Assembly (NCBI RefSeq): GCF_009914755.1 | Contig: NC_060927.1 | Direction: 5' to 3' (one strand) | From: the human T2T-CHM13v2.0 reference genome, Homo sapiens | Length of the DNA stretch: 64,000 nt | Part shown: piece by piece, positions 30,141-42,050 of the stretch | How the letters are laid out: the number at the start of each line of letters is the position of its first letter | Numbering within the stretch: position 1 is the first letter of the stretch | The notes under the pieces: model-generated | What the model was told of the DNA's origin: nothing | The model's input: only the letters and a program-made list of their open reading frames with translations | The model's database searches: none | Position numbers and translations under genes: made by a program

Positions 30141-30759
30141 ATTTGCCATATAGTTTTCTGTCAAAACAGATTTCCTATAAAAAGAAAAACAAAAAATACA
30201 AAAAACTCTTTAAAAACTAATACTTGACTTTTTTAAAAAATTCAAAAAAATCTCTCATTTTCTGTCCTTTAATCAAGCTTCTGAGTATAGAATTTTAGTG
30301 TTTTCATGCTTTTTGAACATGTATTAGTCAAAATACCTTTCATTAATATGAATGTTGCAATAAAATTCTTCCTCTGTAAATGTACAGCTTCAGATAAATA
30401 GCCAAAAGCTATAGTTGTTATCTATATCTGATATGTTTGGAGGTAGGATATGAACTACAAACTGAAATATGAGAGACTTGAAGAACAGTCAAGGATTCCT
30501 GCAATCGTATGGGTTGGGAAAGGTGCTTTAGTAATCCAACCCCCAAAGTTAGCAAATACGAAGCTACTTTCATGCATAATTTGAGTTGTACCCAAAATAT
30601 CATACCCGCAAGCCTAGTTTCCTCTCCTACCTAGGCTGGAATTCCCAGGGTTATTTATGTGTTCTCATAGAGTTATTAATTTATTACTGTGGTATGGCAG
30701 ATGTATTATTTCAACATCTGGTACCAAAATTTCTCTTGAAGGAGGGACTCTCTGCTCCC

Positions 30760-31095
30760 TACTGACAGGGCCCTATCTGATCCTCTGGTCTTATCTCCTA
30801 CTGTTCTCCTGCTTACCAACTTTGATCACACCAGCTCCCTTGCTGTTCCTTAGAGCACACTAGCTACTCTATGCCTCAGGGCCTTGGCCCTAGCTGTCCT
30901 CTGTCAGGAACAATCTTACCTCATTTATCCAAATGATTCATTCTTTTGCCTATTTCAAGTGTTTGTGCAAAAATCACTTCCTCCGTGAGGCCTTCCCTGA
31001 TCACTATTTAAAATAGAATATTCTCCCCAGCATTTTTTATGCACCCTTTCTCCTTTATTTTCCTCAATAGCACGTATCACCATCAAATATGCTAC
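30760..31095 (+). mobile_element. L2 LINE fragment
   Basis: ccttgctgttccttagagcacac...gcctcagggccttgg...gtgaggccttccctgatcac. Confidence 0.75.
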
Positions 31096-31099
31096 ATAT

Positions 31100-33780
31100 T
31101 ACACAGGTAAATATAATACAGGAGATAACTGAGACCAAACATATCAGCCAACAGAGGGCTCAACCTCAGTGTTAAAACAAAAAGAAAAACAGGTTGATTT
31201 CAAAGGAAAATCCAACTCTATGCTGTATATAAAAGACAAAGACCCACCTAAAACAAAACAATTCAGAAATGCTAACAATGAAAGGAAGGATGGGTAAAGT
31301 TCTACTGAGAAAATGCAAATTAAAAAAAGAAAGAATTGAGATTTTGCAATTCAATAAAATAAAATTCAGACCAAAAACCATTATTGAGACAAAGAACATC
31401 TTATAATCCTAAAGGCTACAATTCCCAGTGAAAATAAAAGATTTATGAAAAGGTATGCAGTGAATAACACAGCAGCTACTTTCATACAGTAGGAATTATA
31501 AGAGATTCAAAGAGAAATTGAAATACACTAATAATAGCAGACTATAGTACATTTCTCTTAATTAGACAAAAAAATACAAAAACACTTAGAAAATTGACTC
31601 TAATTTACAATACAGACATGTATGCCCCAGTAAATCACATAAAAATGATCTAAATATTCACCATAATATGATAAAACCAGAAATTTATAATCAAAACATA
31701 AGAAAGCCCCATTTTGAAATTTAAAATTTTCCTATTAAACATAGCTTGTCTCAAAGGGAAATATCAATTGCTAATGAGAATTTCTAGAAAAAAATGAAAA
31801 CATGACATTAGAGTTGACAAGATGCAGCTAAAGAGTGTTCAGAACAAAACTGATAATTTAAATAAATAATGAAATTATGAATTAGATATTCCACTCAAAA
31901 AGAAAACGTTAGATATATTTAAGGTTCTTTTCCATTTTGGATTTTGGATTTAATTTTCTTTTTAATTGAGCAACCTAGATTTTTCTTTTTTTTTTGAAGG
32001 AGTCTCCCTCTGTCACCCAGGCTGCAGTGCAGTGGCGCAATTGGCCAGTCTGCTCTTGAACTCCTGACCTTGAGTGATCCACCTGCCTCAGCCTCCCAAA
32101 GTGCTGGGATTACAGGCATGAGCCACTGCACCCAGCAAGCAACCTAGATTTTAAAACAACATGAGATAAATAAGCCTAATTGTATTTAACTACATCTAAC
32201 ATTTTTACTAATAGTTGTAATACTGGTAGATTTTGGAAACTATTATATATATTATGCAGAAAAGTAAATAATTCTGTTAATATCATTTAGGAGCCATGAT
32301 TTTCAGCATAGGGGAAAAAAGATGCAATATAAAATCAAATAAGTAAAAACTCTATAACCTTCTATTAGAATTGGAATATCAACACAAATTTATTATTTAT
32401 TTTCATCTTTCTTTGAAAAACTACATCTCTCCTAGATCTTGTGTTGAAAAGTCTGGGAAGTGATAAGCCATTTAACCATGAACATCTTTCAGTGCAGACT
32501 GTAGCATCCAAATACCTTTTTCACTGGAAGCAACAAGGACACCTTTGAGAAATGGCTGATTCTAGGTCTGAGGCAGTAAATGTACAATATGAGACTGGAA
32601 CTCTTACAGTGTCAGAAAGCAAGTAAGCTATCAAGACATTCGAGCTTGTGTCAAATAAACAAAGGAGCCAAAAATGGCCAAAGACGGGCAATTTGAACTT
32701 CAAAATGGATAATCACTGCAATTATATAAAAGTGTAAAAAGAGATACAGATACAATCAACATGAAACTCCTAGAAGCAACAGGAGATTCAATATGGTAGC
32801 AAGATACAAAATTAGACATAGAAATCAGTACCTTCATTTATGTAAGAATCTAGCTGTTATAAGGAAAAGTGGAAGAGATAATCCCACTTACGATACCAAC
32901 AAAAAAGAGAAATACTCTAAGAATAAACTTAACAAGTGAAAAACCTTTATGATGCTTCCTTGAAAGACACAAAGCTGAAACTTGAGCACGAGAAAAAATA
33001 AACCTTGCTTTTCAAAAGGAAAATGCAACATCATAAACTGAAAAGGTATGCAGAAGATTTTTTTTTTGAAAGTACTTTTATGGGGCTATATTCTATAGTT
33101 AACATGAAAAAATAACCCAGCATTAAAAAAACACTTAAGAAAACAGCAATGATGCAGTCTAGCCCTACCAGATACTGAAATATAGTCTCTAATAAAAACA
33201 GTATATTAGCCCATAAGTAGACAATAAGATCAATGCGGGGAAAAAAGAAAATATATCTTAGACCCAATTACAATGTGGAAATTTACGTATGTGATAAAAA
33301 TATTGCAAATCGCTGGTCAGGGAGGTGCTTTATAAATTAAATGTTATGACAGCTAAAAAGTCATTTGAAAATAGATAAAATTGGATACATCACCTAGGTA
33401 GAATTCCTGCATATATGTTTGTGTATACATATCTATTACTCGTGAATCTTATAATGAGGAACCAATCTGACATCTCCAAATTGAAGGATATTCTGGAAGA
33501 CCACCGGGCTAGACTTTTCAAAAATGTCAATACCAGGAGAAACAAACAAAAAAGGCTAGGGAACTGCTCTATATTGAAGGAAGCGAAAGAGACTTGACAA
33601 CTGCAATATGTGGTTCTTATTGATGCACTATGTGATTCTTGTTAAATCTCGGATTTACATTTTACAAACTACAGGGTAAAGGAGGACATTTTGGGACAAT
33701 TGAGGAAATTCAAATATGAAATATAGATTATTGTAATATAACAATGTTACATTTCCTAAGTATGATGATGTGCATTGTGA
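31100..33780 (+). mobile_element. degraded L1M (L1MC-like) ORF2 and 3' fragments
   Basis: A-rich; ccaactctatgctgtatataaaagac (endonuclease region); aggaaccaatctgacatctccaaattgaaggatattct (L1MC 3' UTR). Confidence 0.7.
31984..32137 (-). mobile_element. Alu with large internal deletion
   Basis: both Alu ends within ~154 bp; 15-bp TSD agcaacctagatttt at 31969-31983 and 32138-32152. Confidence 0.92.
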
Positions 33781-33783
33781 TCC

Positions 33784-34090
33784 TGTGGTCCTCAATTGAG
33801 GCAACTTTGTACCTCTCCTTTTTCCCCCAACCCTCACCACTACCCCTCCCCCCCTCAACCCCCCCAACCACACCGTTTGGGTTTGGCAGTGTCTGGAGGC
33901 ATCGTTGGCTGTCACAACTGGGGGAGGGGGTTGCTACTGGCATCTAATGGGTAGAGGCCAAGGATGCTGCTAAATAGTGATTGTTTAGCACAGGACACCC
34001 CCACCCCACCCCGTCACCCCACCTTACGGGTACAGACAGCAAAAACTCATCCTGCCCAAAATGTCCATAGCGCGGGGTTGAGAAACCCTG
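33784..34090 (+). mobile_element. MER20 hAT-Charlie element
   Basis: tttggcagtgtctggaggc...tgctactggcatctaatgggtagaggccaaggatgctgctaaa...gttgagaaaccctg. Confidence 0.9.
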
Positions 34091-34349
34091 ATGTAGAAAA
34101 ATCCCTTATTCTTAGGGGATACATACTGAGATATTAGGCTGAATCACATGACATTGTCTCTTGCGTAGGTCAAGTATCGGCAATATTTAAGGACGAAAGG
34201 TTATGACGTTCACAACAAACTCTCAAAATAATGAACAAGCCCCTTCCGCCCCGGCTGCCCCGCGACCTAGGGGACCCGAGAAGGGCGCACTCGCACGGGC
34301 CGCGGAGGCCAACGCCGAGCCTGCGCGGCGGGAGGCGCTGAGAACTCAC

Positions 34350-34510
34350 TGCGCACGCGCCGGTCGGCTGGCCGCACCCACGCGGCGCAGCTCCCAAAGT
34401 TGCAGACAGCCCGGCGAACCGCGCAATGCGCTTCTTCTGCCTGCAGCAGAGAAAAGGAAAGAAAACTCCGCAGGGGCTCCGTTGGCTTCTCCACGAGTGA
34501 CAACCATGTT
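34350..34510 (-). other. candidate first exon of minus-strand gene (TSS uncertain)
   Basis: donor GCGCA|gtgagt at 34350/34349 inside the CpG island. Confidence 0.5.
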
Positions 34511-34771
34511 TTCCCAGATAGAAGACCGGAGCCCTGCTCCTTTGCGATCCGCCGAGGGCTGCAGAGAGCATCCTCATCCATTTGGGCACCCCTGCCCAGG
34601 AAGAGCCCGGCCATCCCTTTCCGGACTGGATCCTTAAGAGGTGAATTTTCTTCCGTGGATTCCGATTTGCTCCGTCTGACCAGCCTAGGCAATCCAGCAT
34701 CGCGTGGTACCAGTGCCGCTGGGCACACTGGCTTCACGCCGGCTCCGCCTCACCAGCAAGCGCATTCCCAG
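34440..34771 (+). ncRNA. candidate first exon of a divergent/antisense lncRNA (TSS uncertain)
   Basis: donor CAG|gtaaaa at 34771/34772 at the island edge; good plus-strand acceptor at 39692/39693. Confidence 0.35.
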
Positions 34772-34817
34772 GTAAAAATTTTAAATACCTTAGAATTCTT
34801 CTGCCTAGACCCTCTAA

Positions 34818-34975
34818 TCAAGAAGTTTACCCACTTTTTCTGTAAGGAGCCAGAAAGCAAATACTCTAGAATTTGGGCCTGGAACTGTCTCTGTAGCGTA
34901 TTCGTCTTTGTTTTGAAAATGTAAAAACCACTCTTAGCTGCTGGCCTTACAAAAATAGAATCATGAGGACTGTGA
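34818..34975 (+). mobile_element. MER58-like fragment
   Basis: actttttctgtaaggagccagaaagcaaata...aaaatgtaaaaaccactcttagct. Confidence 0.55.
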
Positions 34976-35349
34976 AGATTAGAGCCTAATCACTAATTCA
35001 CCCAGCACAGAGGCTAGAGCGCCAGTGAGTCCTCCGCCCCTTCCCAGGCCCGACCATAGTTTTGCAGTTAGGACCCAGGTTTTGTGAGGACTGGGACCCA
35101 CCCAGGTTTAGTTCACAGTCTCTTGAATCCCTCCCTGCACCTGCACCTCTGCTCCTCCCCCTAGGCCGGTGGCCCTTGGTGAGTTTCTGGCAGTCTCCTA
35201 GGCCACCAGGAAACACTCCGACCAACTGCCACGCCCTCCTTTGCTCCAAAATGACAAGCTCTTTTCATCTGGGAGCAAAAGCTGAAGTCCCCACATTTGA
35301 ACTAAATTAGTTTAGTGTAAAAGTAGTACAAGATTATCTCAGACAATTG

Positions 35350-36901
35350 TATTTTAATAGTATTTTTTTCTAGTGATAAATGTAATATATGTCTACTATG
35401 GTCATTTGGAAAATTCTGAGACGTATAGAGCAGAAAAGAAATTCTCCATAACCCTAACCCACAAAAAATAACTTTTGAAATGCTTGTGTATTTTTTAATT
35501 CTTTTTTAATGCATATTGTAGGACAACTTACTGAACATTTGGATTTTTAGAAATATTTTTAATAAAACGTGTTGAAGTACAGCATACAAAAAAGTGTACA
35601 AATTACAAATACAGTTCAGTAAACTTTCAAAGATTAACACAAACATGTCCGGGCAACCACAACTCAGCTCAAGAAATTAACTAATAGTAGCATTCTTCAT
35701 CCCCCTGTTAGTTTTGTCTATTCTGACATTTCACATGAAATGAATTACTTGGTAAATATTTTATAGTATTTGGTTTATTTCCCTTTATATTATATTTGAA
35801 TTCATCCGTGTCGTTGCATGTAACAAGTCTTTTTTACAATTTTATTCTATGCTGTATGAAATTCAGTTATATGAGTATACACAATTTATTCTTTCTACTG
35901 TTATTTTTTCTTAATTACAGATTTATTGAGATATAATTCACACACCATACAGTTCATCTACTTAAAGTGTGCAATTCAATGTGTACAATTCATTGCTTTC
36001 AGCATATTCGCAGATATGTGCAACCATCACCACAGTCAATTTTAGAAAATTTTCATCACCTGGAAACTTCATACCCTTTAACTATCACTCCCGCAACCCC
36101 ACTTCCCTATCCTTTCTAGCCCCAAGCAACCACTAATTTTTCTGCTCTATAGATTTCCCTATTCTGGACATCTCACAAAAATTGAACCATATGATATGAG
36201 GTCTTTTGTGACTGGTCCCTTATGCTGATACTGGACATTCGAGTTCTTTCCAGGTTTGGAGCTATTACAGATAATACTTCCGTGAACGTTATTCTGTGAA
36301 TCGGTTCACATAGATACACATTTCTATTGCGATACATATCTAAGGTATGCTCATAACCAGCTATAATTACAGTGCCAAGCAGTTTTTCAAATTTATAGAC
36401 CTGCCAGCATTGTATGATGAGAGTTCTCATTGTTCCACGTCCTCTCCAACATTTAGGGTTTATGTGGTTTTAATTTACATTTCTCGGATGACTAAAGATA
36501 AAGAGCATCTTTCATGTGATTATTGGCCACTCGGATATCCTCTTTAGTTAAGTGCCTTTTAGGCATTCACCCACTTTTCTATTGGCTAATCTTCTTCTAC
36601 TTGATGTGTATATTCTAGATAAGTGCTGCAAACAAACACCTTTTCCTAATTAAACGCTTGCATTTTAACTTCCCATTTTTAGATTTTGATAAAGGTAAAT
36701 CTTTTATTTTTATTGAGGTCTAATTTATCACTCTTTGTTCATGGTTAGTGCTTTCGCTAACCTGTCAGAAATCATTGTCTACCCCAAGGTGACAAGGGCA
36801 TTCTCTTATGTTACCATCTGGAACCTTAAGTTTTTTCTTGGAACACTTAGATGTGCTAACTACCTAAAATTAATTTTGGCATATGGTGTGAAGTGAGGAC
36901 T

Positions 36902-36936
<35 letters not shown>

Positions 36937-37029
36937 GTAGCTATCCAACTGACCTAAGTTTTTTTTGGAAAAGAAAGTCCTTTCCCCACTGCTCTGCAAC
37001 ATCACCTTTGTCATAAATCAATAGAAATA

Positions 37030-37030
<1 letters not shown>
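35350..37030 (-). mobile_element. old L1M fragments (L1MB/L1ME-like)
   Basis: tttattgagatataattcacacaccatac...tgtgcaaccatcaccacagtcaattttaga; T-rich antisense ORF2 remnant. Confidence 0.8.
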
Positions 37031-37800
<770 letters not shown>

Positions 37801-38364
37801 ATGTTTACTTGTTTAATGAAGAGTTGATCCCATAACCTATTTTGCCATTAGTGGAGTTTAGAAGTTAGCATAAAAGGTTATAAAGTGTTACATCTCCATG
37901 AATGAGCAGCAGGGCATTTAAAAGTCACATTGATTGTAGAAAAAATACTTTGCTGGGTGGAAGGGTCCTGAGCATGGCTATTCTTTTAACATAAATGTTG
38001 CCTGCCCACTAACATTACCACCACCCCAATCATAGTAATGCCAAAATTCCTCACAGTTTTTCAAAATATCCCATTGGTGCACAGTACGGCCCTGCATCCA
38101 CTGAGAACCCTTCTCTCCTGTGATCTGCCACTGCCTCGCTGTTCCAACCTTTCTAACCTCATCTTCTAATGCTCTATGTATCAAACCTCCCTGGCCTCCT
38201 TCCAGATCAGGGCTTTGGGGATTGCTTTTTCCTCTTCCAGAATGCTCCTGCCCCCAAATATTTATATAACTGACTCTTCCACAGGTCTTTGTTCTGATGT
38301 CATTTTTCTCAGTGAGACCTACCAATGAAACAAACCAAACAAAAAACTTGTACATTCTCTCAGC

Positions 38365-38765
38365 ATCTGGATTAGTTTGCAGGGCTGCCATGGCAGAGCA
38401 CCGCAGACCCAGTGGCTTAACCCCCAGAAAATTATTTTCTTAGCTCTGGAGACTAGAAGTCCAAGATCAAGATGGCAGCAGGTTTGATTTCTCCTGTGGC
38501 CTCTCTCCTTGGCCAGCCATTGTCCACTTTCTGTGTCCTCTCATGGTTTGTCCTCTGTGGGTGAGTGCCCCTGGTGTCTCTCTGCATGCCCAAATTTTCT
38601 CTTATAAAGACAGCATTTAGATTGGATTAGGGCCCATCCAAAGGGCCTCATTTTAACTTAATTGCCTCCTTAAAAACCATTTCTACAAATATAGTTACCT
38701 TATGAGGTACTAGGGGTTAGGCCTTCAACATATGAATTTTGGGGGTATATAATTCAGGCCATACA
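38365..38765 (-). mobile_element. MLT1A/B-like solo LTR
   Basis: tctggagactagaagtccaagatcaag...gattggattagggccc...cttcaacatatgaattttggggg. Confidence 0.85.
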
Positions 38766-38807
38766 CCATCTCTTGTTTATTTTCATCTGTCGCCCCTCCC
38801 CCCCACC

Positions 38808-38967
38808 TTTTTTTTTTTTTAGATGGAGTCTCACTCTCTCGCCCAGACTGGAGTGCAGTGAAGCAATCTCAGCTCACTGCAACCTCCACCCTCCCGGGTT
38901 CAAGTAATTCTCCTGCTTCAGCCTCCTGAGTAGCTAGGATTACAGGCATGCACCATCATACCTGGCT
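38808..38967 (-). mobile_element. Alu right monomer (5'-truncated)
   Basis: poly-T followed by right arm only. Confidence 0.9.
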
Positions 38968-39306
38968 GTAGCCCTTATTTTAAATTCAATGTACTGTAAT
39001 GATTTACTTGGTTTATTGTCTTAACTTTCTGTTCCACTGGAATACAGGTTCAATAAGGAGGGATTTTAATCAATTTTGTTCTCTGAAGTGTCTTCAGAAC
39101 CAAATGAGTAAAAAATTATCATTGTTGACGTTTTCACTTCGTGCTAGCATATGGGCAATCTCAATTTATTTCTAATAACTCCCTGTATCTTTCAGAGCAT
39201 TCCTTCATGAATGAAGAAAGCCCTGATAGTGTTCCAGTAATTTATGTTTTTTATGTTTGAATTTCTTAACAAAAAGAATTATACCACTAAAAGATCCAGC
39301 TTTTTT

Positions 39307-39462
39307 GTTTGTTTTACTTTTTGAAAAAAAATTTATATTGTTAATAGAGACAGGGTCTCACCATGTTGCCCAGGCTGGTCTCGAACTCCCGGACTCAAGT
39401 GATCCACCCTCCACAGCCTCCCAAAGTGCTGGGAGTACAGGTGTGAGCCACTACACCCAGCC
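39307..39462 (-). mobile_element. FLAM / free left Alu monomer
   Basis: left arm only; 16-bp TSD aagatccagctttttt at 39291-39306 and 39463-39478. Confidence 0.9.
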
Positions 39463-39850
39463 AAGATCCAGCTTTTTTACCAGGGAAAATAAGAAATTTA
39501 ATATGCTTGTTTCCAAAGCAACAAAAGCTTTACATGATTAAGTAGACTGAGGGCTCTTCCATATTAGACGAAAATATCCAGCCAAATTGCTGAGGACTCC
39601 CTCAGACAGGAAAAAAAATGTTTAGAGCCATCCTCACAAAGAAATTTTCCTGTTTAATTATAACCTAATTATGACAACTTTTTTTTCTTTAGGTGGTCAG
39701 GCTCAGGATGGACCATGAGCTTTCAAAAAGGAAAAAGGTGGAAATCCTCAACTATGCTGCCATCTGAATAAGTGTTTCTTTGTAGATGCACAGAGTCAAG
39801 GAAAATTACATCCCTGCATTATGTAATGTACCAACAACGCACTTACCCAC

Positions 39851-40400
39851 TGTTTTAATCTAGGTTATTCTTGAAAGCAGAGCCTGAGACAAAGGTAGAC
39901 ACATTCTATTTATGAGTCTAACACCCAGGAGCAGGAATGAGAGATAGGGGAGTGAACTGGGGAAAAGGGAAACTAAGTCCGAGCAAAACCAGATACTGCT
40001 CTTATCAAGTGGTCCACCCCTATTAATGGCTACATAATGCAGAACTTTCTCAGGATTCTTCTTAAACTTTATCTCAGAACTGTCTGCCTCAGGGAGAAAG
40101 GAGAAGTATTTCTCCATCAGCAGCCACCTCCTGTGTGTTGAGGGCTGCTCCTTTGGGGCATTAACCCACTGCCTCCACCACCCCAACCCTCTGGGCTGCA
40201 AAGAGCTAGCTGACAGTCCAGCTGGTACCTTAGCATCACACATTGCTGCATCAGAGAGGTCTTAAGACAGGAAGCTAGAGTCTTGGTGCATGCTCGAAGT
40301 GAGACGGTGTCAGCACAGAGCAGGATAAAATCTTCCCGTTAACTCTTCACCAGAGCTATGACTGGAATCAGAGGTTGAAAAGATGTGAGACTGTACCCAA
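39851..40400 (-). mobile_element. LTR16-like (ERVL) solo LTR
   Basis: taggttattcttgaaagcagagcctgagacaaagg...tttatgagtctaacacccaggagc matches the reversed LTR16 3' end. Confidence 0.65.
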
Positions 40401-41119
40401 GAAGCATCTTATAAGCCTACGTAATATACTGTTAGACTCATCGAAATCTATTTCCTCCCTTCTTTATAATCAAAACTTCAGTGTCCAGAATAAAGTTGGC
40501 AGAAGGGTTAAATTGGAAAGTTAAATGTACTAGAAGGTGTACATTTATAAGTTTTGACCTTGAGTCGTGTTCAAGGAGAAAGTGACATTGGAACTTGGAA
40601 AATTTAAAAATGATTCTACTTGAAAAATTTGACCATTGCATAGAAATATTAGCTATCGTCTAATCTTTTGTAATCTTAGAAACAATCGTGAATTGTTTGG
40701 TGAAAAATGAAAAAATAACCATTTCTTATGTCTCCGTGACCTTTATAGACCAATGTCACCAACTTTTCCTAAGGTAATTGTTTCCTACTGTCAAATAGCT
40801 CTAGTGATATAAATCTTAACAATCAATGAAGGGAAAACTGGTGGAAACATAGGAGGAAAAATACTGGGATAATTTTCATCACAAAGTATTGGCATTAACA
40901 TTGGTTAGAATAGGGGAGAAACTGCATGACTTGACAACTGGACATTCCTGTATGTTGTATGAGGCCCTGTCTTAACAGAAATAGTGATGTCATCATCATC
41001 CTCTCTTATTTGGTCTTGAATTGCCACCAATCGGATAAAACCTTTGAATTATTTAACTCAATATATGTTAAGTTTCTACTATGTGCTGTGTATTGGTACT
41101 ATAAATATGAATAAGACAT

Positions 41120-42050
41120 AAGATATTACATTCAAAAACATCAGAATACATGTTCTTTTAAAGTATACCCCAAAACATTTACCATGTGTTCTGGGGCGCA
41201 TGTTAGGCTGGATCACAAATCAAGTCTCAAGAATTTCAAAAGATTGAAATCATATAGAGTATGAATTAAACCAGAAATCAAGTACATAAAGGTAACAAAA
41301 AATTTCCAAAATGCATTAATTTAAGGAACATACACCTCATGACCCATGAGCCAAAAAATAAATCACGGCAAAATTGCAAAAATATTTTGAAATGAATTTT
41401 AAAGAAAATACTTAGCATATTAAATACTTAGCATATTAAAGCTCTAAGTACATATGTTAGAAATTTTACCGAAAGGTTGGCTATCAGTGTTTCCAGAAGC
41501 CAGGGAAAAAGTTTATACAATTTGATAGCTGAGGCAGGGAAACAAAGTGAGACCTCCGATCGCCCTGCCTTTCTGAGGTGAGCACTCTGGATCCCATCGC
41601 AGGAGATCAGAGTCTTGCTGAGTTGAGGAGAGGAAGATTGGAGTTGATACTGAGATAGCTTGAATTTTCAGGACAAAGTATCAACAAGGAGGAAGGTAGA
41701 CAAAAAAATCCAGAAATCTATGTAGAGACCCCATTGTGTACATTGCGGAACACTAAGCCTAACAATTCTCAAAATTAGCGTGAGATTGGGAAATATCTAA
41801 TTTCCATCCAGCCACAGTGGAGAGTCCTGACTGAAAACCAGGCATTCGCTAAAGATCCCAGAAAGGTTGTGTGTTACATACGTAGGGCTAAACTATCCTG
41901 ACTAAAAACTACACTACACTTGCTCCTCACCCCCACAAAAAGCTTAAAAACAAGCCTCAATAGTATAAAGCTGATCTGTAAGTAACTAAACTACCTGCAG
42001 AACAAAGTCCAAATTTATTAGTTCCAGTACTCCAAAAAAAACACATGTAA
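41120..42050 (+). mobile_element. degraded L1M fragments
   Basis: cagaatacatgttcttttaaagtatac...caagtctcaagaatttcaaaagattgaaatcatatagagtatg. Confidence 0.7.

Larger units (their letters stand above)
34200..34780. promoter_or_regulatory. CpG island, probable bidirectional promoter
   Basis: only dense non-Alu CpG cluster in the window; GC/ETS box cttccgcccc (~34243), NRF1-like tgcgcacgcgc (34350-34360), CRE-like tgacgttca (~34204); donors on both strands. Confidence 0.9.

Noticed and set aside
30224-30245. Near-perfect 22-bp palindrome ttgacttttttaaaaaattcaa
   Set aside because: Dominated by T and A runs; expected by chance in AT-rich sequence.
31415-31430. ZNF143/SBS-like motif gctacaattcccag
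   Set aside because: A single imperfect motif inside decayed L1, 3 kb from the promoter.
34170-34924. Four overlapping 144-176 aa ORFs at the CpG island
   Set aside because: Open frames on both strands are expected in stop-poor GC-rich DNA; low-complexity R/A/P/G content and no recognisable domain.
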